Below are positions 27,077 through 35,969 of a DNA stretch of 64,000 nucleotides, one piece after another. Source of the stretch: a virus (Duplodnaviria; Heunggongvirae; Uroviricota; Caudoviricetes). The notes below the pieces were generated by a model that was given only the letters and a program-made list of their open reading frames with translations, was not told the DNA's origin and ran no database searches. The first letter of the stretch is position 1. The number at the start of each line of letters is the position of its first letter. A program made the position numbers and the translations under genes. The stretch is taken from positions 1 through 64,000 of the IMG/VR virus record IMGVR_UViG_3300047560_001287; one strand, 5' to 3'.

Positions 27077-27403
27077 ATGGTTGTAACTGAAACAGAACAC
27101 AAATCAGCTGGTCGTTTTGCATTCTTTGCCGCACGTGATGCAAGTATGAAAAGCGCAGTCAATGCAAGTCGTTTTACTGATAGTCAAAAACTAAAAGCCG
27201 AACGTGTCAAGCTAGCCCTTGAAATGGTCTATGCTTGCGAAGCCGTTACTATTGATAACTGTCAAAAATGGATTCGTGTGAAAGTTCACAAGCCAATGAT
27301 ACGTGACCGTAAGAATTTGCGTTTGCTTGAGCAAGATTGGCATTTGGAAGGTATTGAAAAAGTTCAAACCAAGCAAGATGCTATCATTTATCGTGTAAAA
27401 TAA
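27077..27403 (+). CDS. hypothetical protein (108 aa)
   Basis: AGGAG RBS. Confidence 0.45.
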   Translation: MVVTETEHKSAGRFAFFAARDASMKSAVNASRFTDSQKLKAERVKLALEMVYACEAVTIDNCQKWIRVKVHKPMIRDRKNLRLLEQDWHLEGIEKVQTKQDAIIYRVK

Positions 27404-27404
27404 T

Positions 27405-27433
27405 TTGACAAATAATCATTTTGGGCGTATAAT
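27405..27433 (+). promoter_or_regulatory. conserved promoter cassette TTGACAAATAATCATTTTGGGCGTATAAT
   Basis: Near-identical to cassettes at 46251, 46779, 47051. The conserved leader ATTGA..AAAAGGA follows. Confidence 0.6.
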
Positions 27434-27459
27434 ACTTGTATTGAATGAAAAGGAATTAT

Positions 27460-27660
27460 ATGTTGTTAAAAGGTCGTGTTGTTGTTGATGTTGAGATTGA
27501 CGGTGTTGATAGCCGTGATTACCCAGATTTTTGTGATGCATATTTTTCTCATGCTGTCTTTAAAGATACGCTAGAAGAATTGTCCGATGAAGAACTCGAA
27601 CAACTCACCGAAGACAATCCGGATGTAGTCAACGAAATGGCTTACGAACACTATCTGTAA
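27460..27660 (+). CDS. hypothetical acidic small protein (66 aa)
   Basis: Start at second ATG, which carries the AAAAGGAA RBS shared by cassette genes. Confidence 0.45.
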   Translation: MLLKGRVVVDVEIDGVDSRDYPDFCDAYFSHAVFKDTLEELSDEELEQLTEDNPDVVNEMAYEHYL

Positions 27661-27669
27661 GGAAATAAG

Positions 27670-28440
27670 ATGCCTGGTTTTATTGACGTATCAAACATGA
27701 CTAGCGAAGAAGTTCGCCGTCTTGGTCACGCCGATGACTATGACGAGGAAACTAATAAAAAGACTTACCTCTATCGTAACAAAAGTGCGTATCGTAGAGC
27801 CGCACCCAAGAAACCAGCTTTCAGCTATGATGCCGACCGAGTGTGGGGTGCGGCTGTTGTTGCGTTTCGTGCCAACAAAGGTTATGTAAAAGCAATTGCA
27901 CCAGGCACTAATCAAAGCACTAATAGGCAATTGATGGAACAACTGTTGCAAGACAATGTTCCACTACTTGAAGCTGACCTTGAAGAAGGTCGCAAGATGC
28001 GCTTATACTTCAAGGGCATTACTTTTAAACTACTTGAAGGTCAAACTCTCAGTCCCTTCTTGCGTAATACAATGGAAATTGCGGGTAATGAAACGATTAC
28101 CAACAATCTAGGCATCGGCACGATTGCAAGTTTACCTGCAACATACGCAAAGATGACCGAACGTGATAATGTTGAACGTAAAATCAAATGGGCACAAGGT
28201 GGACTAATCGGTGCAGAAGGTGACACGGTTAATGAAACCATCGAACTTGTTAAACGCATTTGGTCAGAGAAATGGAACACTTGGTACTACACTGGTTTGA
28301 CTAAAGAAGATCAGGTGTTGTTTTTTGCTCACAAAGGTGAGTTAAAAATCGGAGAGTATGTTACAATTGAGGGGAAGGTTAAATCTCACCGAGATAATGC
28401 AACTCAACTTAATCGTGTAAAGGTAATTGAAAATGTTTGA
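27670..28440 (+). CDS. hypothetical protein (256 aa)
   Basis: AGGAAA RBS. Long ORF. Confidence 0.5.
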   Translation: MPGFIDVSNMTSEEVRRLGHADDYDEETNKKTYLYRNKSAYRRAAPKKPAFSYDADRVWGAAVVAFRANKGYVKAIAPGTNQSTNRQLMEQLLQDNVPLLEADLEEGRKMRLYFKGITFKLLEGQTLSPFLRNTMEIAGNETITNNLGIGTIASLPATYAKMTERDNVERKIKWAQGGLIGAEGDTVNETIELVKRIWSEKWNTWYYTGLTKEDQVLFFAHKGELKIGEYVTIEGKVKSHRDNATQLNRVKVIENV

Positions 28441-28535
28441 AATCTATGATGGTGATTTATTCTTGTTCAATTGCTCTGACCGATACGAGGCAGACATTTT
28501 GGCTGAACAAGGCTTTACTGTAAAGGAGATCGAAA

Positions 28536-28664
28536 ATGCGTAATTTTATTCTTGGTACAATCTTTGGTATCGTTGTGTCTACTGTAGGCTTCTCAGGTAT
28601 TGCTAAAATGCTTGACAACGGCGTAGAGAAAACAAAAGCTATTGCAGTTGAAGGAGCAAAGTAA
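28536..28664 (+). CDS. small membrane protein (42 aa)
   Basis: AAGGAG RBS at 7 nt. MRNFILGTIFGIVVSTVGF TM. Confidence 0.35.
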   Translation: MRNFILGTIFGIVVSTVGFSGIAKMLDNGVEKTKAIAVEGAK

Positions 28665-28815
28665 TGGATAAGTGGGCAATGATTTTTCTCATGGTTCTTG
28701 TTGTAGGTATGTTCTCACCTGTCATAGTGTCCGAGAACGCAAAAGGTACATGTAAGACAGAAGCCATCAAAGCAAGTATGCCTGCTGATGACATTATCAA
28801 ATTGTGCGGCAAGTG
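28664..28815 (+). CDS. small membrane/secreted protein (50 aa)
   Basis: AAGGAG RBS. MDKWAMIFLMVLVVGMF hydrophobic N-terminus, two Cys. Confidence 0.35.
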
Positions 28816-28845
28816 AAGTTCAAACGAAAGCAATTGGAGGATAAA

Positions 28846-29274
28846 ATGGGTTTAGATATGTACGCTTATGTTGGTCGTCCGGGTCAACGTGATGAATTTT
28901 ATGACCAAGATGGTCTTCAGTATGATTCAAAGACAGGTGATTGGATTATACCTGCAGGTGGTGTAAGTAAGCCTATTGAAATCGCATACTGGCGTAAGCA
29001 TCCTAGTTTACATGGTTGGATGGAACAACTTTGGCTAGATCGTGATAACACACGCACTGACAAAGTGTTCAATGGTGTTGAACTTGAATTGACTTGGGAA
29101 GATATTGATAACTTAGAACGTGCTGTACGTTCAGGTAACTTGCCCTTCACTGAAGGTTTTTTCTTTGGTAAGCCTGCTGATAATGTTTATTTTGAAGAAG
29201 ATTTGAAATTCTGTGCTGATGCTAAGGCAGAAATCTTTTTAGGACTCAAAGTATTTTATAACTCAAGTTGGTAA
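28846..29274 (+). CDS. hypothetical protein (142 aa)
   Basis: GGAGGA RBS before MGLDMYAYVGRPG. Confidence 0.5.
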   Translation: MGLDMYAYVGRPGQRDEFYDQDGLQYDSKTGDWIIPAGGVSKPIEIAYWRKHPSLHGWMEQLWLDRDNTRTDKVFNGVELELTWEDIDNLERAVRSGNLPFTEGFFFGKPADNVYFEEDLKFCADAKAEIFLGLKVFYNSSW

Positions 29275-29275
29275 T

Positions 29276-29797
29276 ATGGCATCTAAATTCTCAGTCGATT
29301 CATTCAAGGCAGATGAGATTCTATTGAATCATATCTATAGCCACGCTGGCTACACTAAGCATGAACTACCTATTCTTCTTAAGGCTGTACGGCGTGGTGA
29401 CCTTGCTATGGAAAGTCTTGTAGAAAATGCTATTGCACGTGTAGGTAAAATTAAACGTGTTGATATCACTGGCATGGATTTTGAAGATGGTAGTGACAGT
29501 AAAAAGGTCACTGTCGTTAATCAAGGTACTAAACTTAAACCTAATCGAGGGGCAGGGTTTAGTACAAAAAACAAAAAAGGTGTATTACGTGTAGTCGTAG
29601 TTGAACCCATGACCAGTGAAGTTTTTTACTTCCGTATTCCGCCCGAATTTTACATAGGCGTTTCTCAAAAGCGCCGTGAAACTGCATTACGTATTCGTTT
29701 TAGTAAGCACGGGGGAAAGCCTCAATTGCATCGTAGCACAACGACCGCAGAAGTTTGGGGTTATGAAGTAAAAACATTTAAGAAGTTATGTACATGA
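29276..29797 (+). CDS. hypothetical protein (173 aa)
   Basis: ORF. Confidence 0.45.
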   Translation: MASKFSVDSFKADEILLNHIYSHAGYTKHELPILLKAVRRGDLAMESLVENAIARVGKIKRVDITGMDFEDGSDSKKVTVVNQGTKLKPNRGAGFSTKNKKGVLRVVVVEPMTSEVFYFRIPPEFYIGVSQKRRETALRIRFSKHGGKPQLHRSTTTAEVWGYEVKTFKKLCT

Positions 29798-30006
29798 ATA
29801 TGTTTAAAAATATTATTATTACTATTCTCACTTTGGGAATTATTGTTTTTTGGTTACAAGGTGATGAAGAAGATTTTGACCCTGATAGTGTTACCATCGA
29901 ATATCGTTGTTCTATCCTAGATGCATACGACAACGTGCCGCCTGAAGTGTCCGAGGAATGCAAAAGTCGCAACAAAGATGAACCACAGGAAAACGTTGAC
30001 AAATAA
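29794..30006 (+). CDS. small membrane protein
   Basis: ATGA overlap. NIIITILTLGIIVFWL TM. Confidence 0.35.
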   Translation: MNMFKNIIITILTLGIIVFWLQGDEEDFDPDSVTIEYRCSILDAYDNVPPEVSEECKSRNKDEPQENVDK

Positions 30007-30049
30007 TTTTCAACGTGATATACTATAGGCTAAATTAACAGGAGTAAAA

Positions 30050-31399
30050 ATGTCGGCATCGTGGATTCGTAAGTTGAATGAAAGTGACAGTCGCCTTCAT
30101 AAAGAAGATGTGCTCAAACAAGCACTTGAGGCAACTGTTCTTGGCTCTATCAATGCTAAGATTTTCTTGGGCTTTCTCAAAGCCTGCTACAATCCCTACG
30201 TGACATTTGGTGTTAAGCAAATCCCTGAATCAATTGGAATCACTGGTGCAGAGAATCCTTGGGATCAATTCAATGAGTTAATGTTAGACTTGTCACAACG
30301 TAAGTTGACAGGTCACGCCGCACGTGATGCTATTCAAGCAACAATGGAATTGTTTGATAGTGAAGAATGGAACACATTCTTAGCCCCTGTACTACGCCGT
30401 GACATGCGATGCGGTATTAGTTCTACTACAATCAATAAAATCTGTAAAAAGACTGACTATGAGATTCCAGTCTTTGGTTGTCAACTAGCAACTAACAGTG
30501 AAGGGCGCCCCGAAATGAAGGGCACTAAACGACTTGAGCCTAAGTTGGATGGTGTTCGTGCGTTGTTCATGGTCATCCCTGCTGATGACGGTGAAGTGAC
30601 TGTAATTTGTTTCAGTCGCAATGGTAAAGTGTTTGATAACTTTACTCACATTGAAGAACAACTCCAGAAAAGTTATGTGAAGATTGTTCGTGCTTGCAAC
30701 GGTGTGGATCAAGGTCGCAGTCTCGTTAACGGTTTCGTACTTGACGGTGAAGTGATCGGCAACAGCTTCCAAGAGTTGATGCGACAAGCACGCCGCAAAA
30801 CTGCTGTTCAAGCTGAGGATTCTGTTCTCAATGTGTTTGACATTGTTCCTCTTGATGACTTCCGTCGTGGTCATTGGAATGCTCAGTTGCGTAAGCGTAT
30901 TGCATTGCTTGATGCTATGCGACCAGTCGTTGACAATCTAACCAACGTTGAATTGTTGCCACATATCATGGTTGACTTAGACACTGCCGCAGGTCGTGAC
31001 CAACTTGAACGTTATGCACAAGATAATGTCAAAGCAGGCTTTGAAGGCATTATGATTAAAGAAATGGAAGCACCATATCAGTGCAAACGTTCGACAGACT
31101 GGATGAAGTGGAAGCCTGTTATCACTGTAGATTTGGAGGTGATCGGTGTTGAAGAAGGTACTGGACGTAATGAGGGACGCTTGGGAGCACTTGTTTGTGC
31201 TGGTGTGGATGACGGAAAGGAGATTAGTGTCAATGTTGGTAGTGGTTTTTCTGATGCTGACAGAGATACTTATTGGCGTGATAGCCGTTATGTCATTGGT
31301 CGTACTGCTGAAATCTTGTGCGATGTGATTACACAGAATCAAGACGGTACTTACAGTTTGCGATTCCCTCGCTTTGTAAGATTTAGGGACGATAAATGA
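30050..31399 (+). CDS. lig: ATP-dependent DNA ligase
   Basis: AGGAG RBS. KLDGVRAL (KxDG adenylation motif), EGIMIK, LDGE. Confidence 0.85.
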   Translation: MSASWIRKLNESDSRLHKEDVLKQALEATVLGSINAKIFLGFLKACYNPYVTFGVKQIPESIGITGAENPWDQFNELMLDLSQRKLTGHAARDAIQATMELFDSEEWNTFLAPVLRRDMRCGISSTTINKICKKTDYEIPVFGCQLATNSEGRPEMKGTKRLEPKLDGVRALFMVIPADDGEVTVICFSRNGKVFDNFTHIEEQLQKSYVKIVRACNGVDQGRSLVNGFVLDGEVIGNSFQELMRQARRKTAVQAEDSVLNVFDIVPLDDFRRGHWNAQLRKRIALLDAMRPVVDNLTNVELLPHIMVDLDTAAGRDQLERYAQDNVKAGFEGIMIKEMEAPYQCKRSTDWMKWKPVITVDLEVIGVEEGTGRNEGRLGALVCAGVDDGKEISVNVGSGFSDADRDTYWRDSRYVIGRTAEILCDVITQNQDGTYSLRFPRFVRFRDDK

Positions 31400-31489
31400 T
31401 TCTATTCTATGTGATTATGACATGTTATGCCATATTAAATATTTTGATATTATCAGTATTTACCTTAGAAACTTATTTGGATTTAAAAA

Positions 31490-31720
31490 ATGAATGAACG
31501 AATCCAAGAACTTTCAGACAAGGCAAAGAAAAGTGTGCCACACGGTATTAGTGTAGACAAGTGGATCGAAACCTATAATGAAAAGTTCGCCGAATTGATT
31601 GTTAGGGAATGTGCTAGGGTTTTGACTCAACATGGAACTTATTTTTCCGGTGAAGGTGAACCATATCATTATGCGGCAAGTTTGATTGAAGAACATTTCG
31701 GAGTTAAAAATGAAAACTAA
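31490..31720 (+). CDS. hypothetical protein (76 aa)
   Basis: ORF. Confidence 0.4.
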   Translation: MNERIQELSDKAKKSVPHGISVDKWIETYNEKFAELIVRECARVLTQHGTYFSGEGEPYHYAASLIEEHFGVKNEN

Positions 31721-32144
31721 AACAGTTGAAGCATTTGATTGGCAACAAGATGTTGAGCCTGTTCTCCGTGCCAATTTGAATGAATTACTTGTCGCTAAAG
31801 GTATTGAACCACTTGACCAACTTCACGGCGGTTCATTCTTAGATGGCAAGTGGGTAGGTGTATTAGAATCAAACGACTATCGAAACTATTGGCATGCTTA
31901 CATCGAATTGTGGGGTGAGAAGTTACACAACGATAGTTATCAAACAGTGTGGTTCAATGACCCGACTGATGACACGGAATGGGATTGGTATAAAGGACAT
32001 TTGCGTGAATGGGCTAATCATATCTATCGCAATTACAATCACACTGATCCTAACTGGACAGATGATTTGGTTGATGCTATGCGTAAAGTTGTAGCGGAAC
32101 ATTTTAACCATGATGAACCTGTTGTATTTTGGTGGTGCTGGTAA
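31710..32144 (+). CDS. hypothetical Trp-rich protein (144 aa)
   Basis: GGAG RBS. ATGA-type overlap. Confidence 0.4.
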   Translation: MKTKTVEAFDWQQDVEPVLRANLNELLVAKGIEPLDQLHGGSFLDGKWVGVLESNDYRNYWHAYIELWGEKLHNDSYQTVWFNDPTDDTEWDWYKGHLREWANHIYRNYNHTDPNWTDDLVDAMRKVVAEHFNHDEPVVFWWCW

Positions 32145-32153
32145 GGAGTTAAA

Positions 32154-32261
32154 ATGACAAATGATCCTATTATAAATTATATGTGTGCGGCAATTATCGC
32201 AGTTGGCTTTGGTTATGTTTTGTGGTTCCTACACAAATATTGCGTAATAAGAGATAAATGA
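32154..32261 (+). CDS. small membrane protein (35 aa)
   Basis: TAAGGAG RBS. Single TM. ATGA overlap into next gene. Confidence 0.3.
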   Translation: MTNDPIINYMCAAIIAVGFGYVLWFLHKYCVIRDK

Positions 32262-33031
32262 ATCATAACGGATTTACTATATCGTTTCCAGCGGGTGCTA
32301 GGGGAAGATTGATTGCTAACGTATTAAATGGCATGGTCAATAAAATTGATGATCCAATAGAATACACTGAGTACGGTTCCGCACACGTTCACCAAGAAAA
32401 ATCATATATTAGAAAAATAGATGATCCACTGATATTTAAACCTCAATCTGATATGGTGTATGAATGTGTACCTATATTTATAACACATGACTTTCCTGAC
32501 ATTCCTGTTTGGGATAAAAATATTTATTTTCAGAATAACAAAGTTATTGTTATTAACGTAGATGATGAAGATATCAATGAAATTTTACTGAATCAAATTA
32601 TAAAAAACATTTTTCCAAGAATTGATTCATTCGTAAATGATAAGCCACTTGAGAGCGAGGAACTACAATTATTATATGCATATCGTAGAGTTTTTTCAGT
32701 TCATGGTATAGTTTTTGATAAACAACTATTATCTGATTCTGAACGAATCACATACCTGCTCAAAACAGGATTAACCAATAGGTATTTAAGGGCTAAAATT
32801 AATGCACAATTTTATGGCACTGCGCTACAAGACAGTGAACGTATTTTAAATTTAAAATACAAGCATTTGTTTTCTAAAGAAAACGGTAAATACCGTACAT
32901 TGGAAAAGATGGCTAAATGGTTAAAAATTGAGTATAACGATACAGTTGAAAAATCTTTTGAACATTATGACAATATCAAATACGACATTTTTCAAAAGTA
33001 TTGTCCTTGGTTTTTACAAGAAAACCCATAA
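32258..33031 (+). CDS. sulfotransferase-fold-like paralog A
   Basis: N-terminal ISFPAGARGRLIANVL P-loop-like. GSAHVH. C-terminal family motif. Confidence 0.5.
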   Translation: MNHNGFTISFPAGARGRLIANVLNGMVNKIDDPIEYTEYGSAHVHQEKSYIRKIDDPLIFKPQSDMVYECVPIFITHDFPDIPVWDKNIYFQNNKVIVINVDDEDINEILLNQIIKNIFPRIDSFVNDKPLESEELQLLYAYRRVFSVHGIVFDKQLLSDSERITYLLKTGLTNRYLRAKINAQFYGTALQDSERILNLKYKHLFSKENGKYRTLEKMAKWLKIEYNDTVEKSFEHYDNIKYDIFQKYCPWFLQENP

Positions 33032-33034
33032 ACA

Positions 33035-33062
33035 TTGCTATTAGAATTAATACTGTTACAAT
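33035..33062 (+). promoter_or_regulatory. possible promoter TTGCTA-16-TACAAT
   Basis: In 58-bp gap before 33090. Confidence 0.3.
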
Positions 33063-33089
33063 TTATTAAATATACAGAGGGCTTAAACT

Positions 33090-33653
33090 ATGGTTACAAT
33101 CGTTAAACATGAATGGCATCAACATGATCGCCAATACGCTATTGAACTTGATGAAGCATTGTTGAGTGAGATTTATCCTGATTTGGATGAAGATGAAATT
33201 GCAACCATGCTTAAACAAATCGAAGATGGTGAAGTAGACTTTGAGGAAGTCATCAATGACGCATACGACAATGATGTTGACCTTGAGTGGGACTTTCAAT
33301 ATGATGATTGCTGGACTGACCGCAAGGGCGGTTATGATGTTACTTATGAGTTGGGTGATGAAGATAGTTGGGTAGAACCTGAAAAGGAACCAGAACCAAC
33401 ACATAAATGTACGAAGTGTCGTTGGCAGGGCGGTAAATATGAAACACTTACACAGTATTACCGAGAAGATGGTACAGTGATTGAAGATTATTACAGCAGT
33501 GACGAAGAATCTCACCATGACAAAGAAGTTTGTCCAATGTGTGACAGTGATGTTGAAATGACAGAACACGGCAAAGAAGAAAAAGCACGATATAACAAAT
33601 TGATGGCTGAGTTTGATGCTGAGTTAGAGGCGGCTGGCGAGGATGAGGATTAA
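33090..33653 (+). CDS. highly acidic protein with C-terminal zinc ribbon
   Basis: AGAGGG RBS. CTKCRW...CPMCDSD. Confidence 0.45.
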   Translation: MVTIVKHEWHQHDRQYAIELDEALLSEIYPDLDEDEIATMLKQIEDGEVDFEEVINDAYDNDVDLEWDFQYDDCWTDRKGGYDVTYELGDEDSWVEPEKEPEPTHKCTKCRWQGGKYETLTQYYREDGTVIEDYYSSDEESHHDKEVCPMCDSDVEMTEHGKEEKARYNKLMAEFDAELEAAGEDED

Positions 33654-34368
33654 TAAGTATACGTTAAGATTTTACTTTTTTGCAATTGCTAGTGTTATCG
33701 GATTACTGATGTATGACGGTACACTAGCAAAAGCCATTTCATATTTCATTTTCTTTTTATTCATAGGTAGATTATCGGGTTTAGGATACCATCGATGGTT
33801 ATCTCATAAACAACTAGAACCCAACATATTTGGTCGTATTGTATTATTGTGGTCCATGGTCTTTGTGGGAACAGCAAAGCCAGTTGATTATGTTGTGATG
33901 CATCGTTCACACCACAAATATTCTGACACAGACAAAGACCCCCATCCACGCTCTATCGGACTGTGGAGATTGCTAACATCGCAATATAATGAAATTTCAC
34001 TTACTGTACCCATCAAAGATATCATACGCAAACCAGATGTTATGTTTGTTAACAAATATTATTGGTTGTTATACTTTGTCAATCTAGGGATATTGTTTAT
34101 CATTGATTATCAAGTTGCGTTATTAAGTTTTGCATTGTTTAACTTGTCTGATATAGTATTTTCATCATTTTTTAATTACTATGCACATGACGATAATGGA
34201 CCTGTAAACATGCCACTATGGACTAACTATGCAATTTTTGCAGGTGAGAACTTACACTTAAATCATCACATTGATCCTAGTAATCCCAACTTTGGTTCTG
34301 CATCAAAATACAATATTGATTTGTTGTATTACTTTACTAAAGTATTTTTCAACCCGATTAGTAGATGA
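33643..34368 (+). CDS. membrane fatty-acid desaturase (delta-9 / DesC-like)
   Basis: Three histidine boxes: HRWLSH, HRSHHKYSDTDKDPH, HLNHH. Several TM helices. Confidence 0.75.
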   Translation: MRINKYTLRFYFFAIASVIGLLMYDGTLAKAISYFIFFLFIGRLSGLGYHRWLSHKQLEPNIFGRIVLLWSMVFVGTAKPVDYVVMHRSHHKYSDTDKDPHPRSIGLWRLLTSQYNEISLTVPIKDIIRKPDVMFVNKYYWLLYFVNLGILFIIDYQVALLSFALFNLSDIVFSSFFNYYAHDDNGPVNMPLWTNYAIFAGENLHLNHHIDPSNPNFGSASKYNIDLLYYFTKVFFNPISR

Positions 34369-35114
34369 TTTATATTGTTAACTACCAAGAAGGGTCACGT
34401 GGATCATTCATATCAGATTTATTGGGATTACTGCTCAATGACGATGCAACAGCTATTCTAGAAATTGATCCTATATATGGTACTGCTGGTCGAGTGTTTT
34501 TAGATATCACCGAAATTGCAAATGAAGAATATCCAAACAATTATTTAAAGTTACAATTTGATAACAATTTTGGATTAGTCTCGGGTGTTCCATTAGATTT
34601 GATCGGGTTTGAAAAATTTACAAATGTATATCCTGATTGGGAAGCACTATATATTGTATATGAACCAGAAGAAAAGTTAACAGTGGATGTGTTAAACATC
34701 TACAAAAACTTTTACAAAGACGAGCCAATCATTGCAAATTACTATTGGGCTTTTTATCTAAAAAATAAAAATATTTTAAGTAGAGAAATTGCTAATTTAA
34801 AAGAATTAGATTCCCAAGAACTAAAAAAGTTTATTGAATTATATTGGGAAACGGATAATGGAATTAACAAGTTCAATAAGAAATTTTCAGCAGACTATTG
34901 GGATAGTTTTGTAAGTTCAATCCCAGAACAATATCAAAACAGAATTCATAGAATAAATTTTTCAGATATAACAAACAACAAAGAAAAAATCTTAAATATA
35001 TTAAGTGAGATTACTGGTAAAACCATCACAGCAAATGTAGTTGCTAGTTATGACCGTTATTTGCAGTATCAAAATCTACCCAAAAAATTAATGGATATAA
35101 CATGCACGACTTAG
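34365..35114 (+). CDS. sulfotransferase-fold-like paralog B
   Basis: NYQEGSRGSFISDLL N-terminus. C-terminal FSDITNNKEKILNILSEITG...YDRYLQYQ. Confidence 0.5.
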   Translation: MIYIVNYQEGSRGSFISDLLGLLLNDDATAILEIDPIYGTAGRVFLDITEIANEEYPNNYLKLQFDNNFGLVSGVPLDLIGFEKFTNVYPDWEALYIVYEPEEKLTVDVLNIYKNFYKDEPIIANYYWAFYLKNKNILSREIANLKELDSQELKKFIELYWETDNGINKFNKKFSADYWDSFVSSIPEQYQNRIHRINFSDITNNKEKILNILSEITGKTITANVVASYDRYLQYQNLPKKLMDITCTT

Positions 35115-35311
35115 TAGGCAAATCATACACATTTGATGATGGCAGTAAAATTGAAATCATACAGATAAAACTCACAGATGAAAACCGAGGTAAGTTTCTC
35201 GTTACATATTTAATATCACAGGGTCCTAATTTACCTCGTAAATTGGTAATGGGCATAGATGAGTTTGTAAACTCGTTCGGGCATTTATTTGGAATCATAG
35301 AGAATGAGTAG
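35102..35311 (+). CDS. hypothetical protein (69 aa)
   Basis: ORF between paralogs. Confidence 0.3.
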   Translation: MHDLVGKSYTFDDGSKIEIIQIKLTDENRGKFLVTYLISQGPNLPRKLVMGIDEFVNSFGHLFGIIENE

Positions 35312-35957
35312 AGCCATTATTTTTCCAGGTGGTGCTGGTGGTAATCATTTGCGTTGGTTGTTGTACTTAGATAAGTCAATCGATAGCGATTTATCCATGG
35401 ATAAAAAAATAGATTTTGTATTGAATAAAATCTATTCAGATCAGCGTTCCTTTTATAATTGGTTGCCGTATGAAGCTACATGGAGATTTGATGATAAGTT
35501 TGAATCATTCATTAAAATACTACACGAACCTAAAGACGATAAACCCGAATATAAGTCAGTGTTCTTGTCATATGATGATTGGAATATCCCATTTGAACAC
35601 TATAGTTGCCTAACTTCTTGCTTTTCTTCTAAAAGAAGCTATGATCTATACTATAATTTTCTCAAAGATTTTGACCGCAAGGTTTCAAAACTCATTGTCA
35701 TTGATGAAAATAAATTAGTGATTAAATCAGATGTGTTTTTTAATGAGGTGTTAGACAAGCAATTTTATACACAAATAGTTGATTTTTTTGATTTTGAAAA
35801 TCATTATGATGAAGCCGCAATCTTACACAAGAAATGGTATGATACGAGAAATAGGGCTAAAAAAGAATTCTATGAGTTTTACAGCAGTAAATTCTGGCAA
35901 GATTTTATGGCCCGAATGCGTGGAGATGTACAGAGAAATAAGGGACTACTACCCTAA
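35304..35957 (+). CDS. sulfotransferase-fold-like paralog C (divergent)
   Basis: IIFPGGAGGNHLRWLL N-terminus. ATGA overlap. Confidence 0.45.
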   Translation: MSRAIIFPGGAGGNHLRWLLYLDKSIDSDLSMDKKIDFVLNKIYSDQRSFYNWLPYEATWRFDDKFESFIKILHEPKDDKPEYKSVFLSYDDWNIPFEHYSCLTSCFSSKRSYDLYYNFLKDFDRKVSKLIVIDENKLVIKSDVFFNEVLDKQFYTQIVDFFDFENHYDEAAILHKKWYDTRNRAKKEFYEFYSSKFWQDFMARMRGDVQRNKGLLP

Positions 35958-35969
35958 TAAATATATGTT

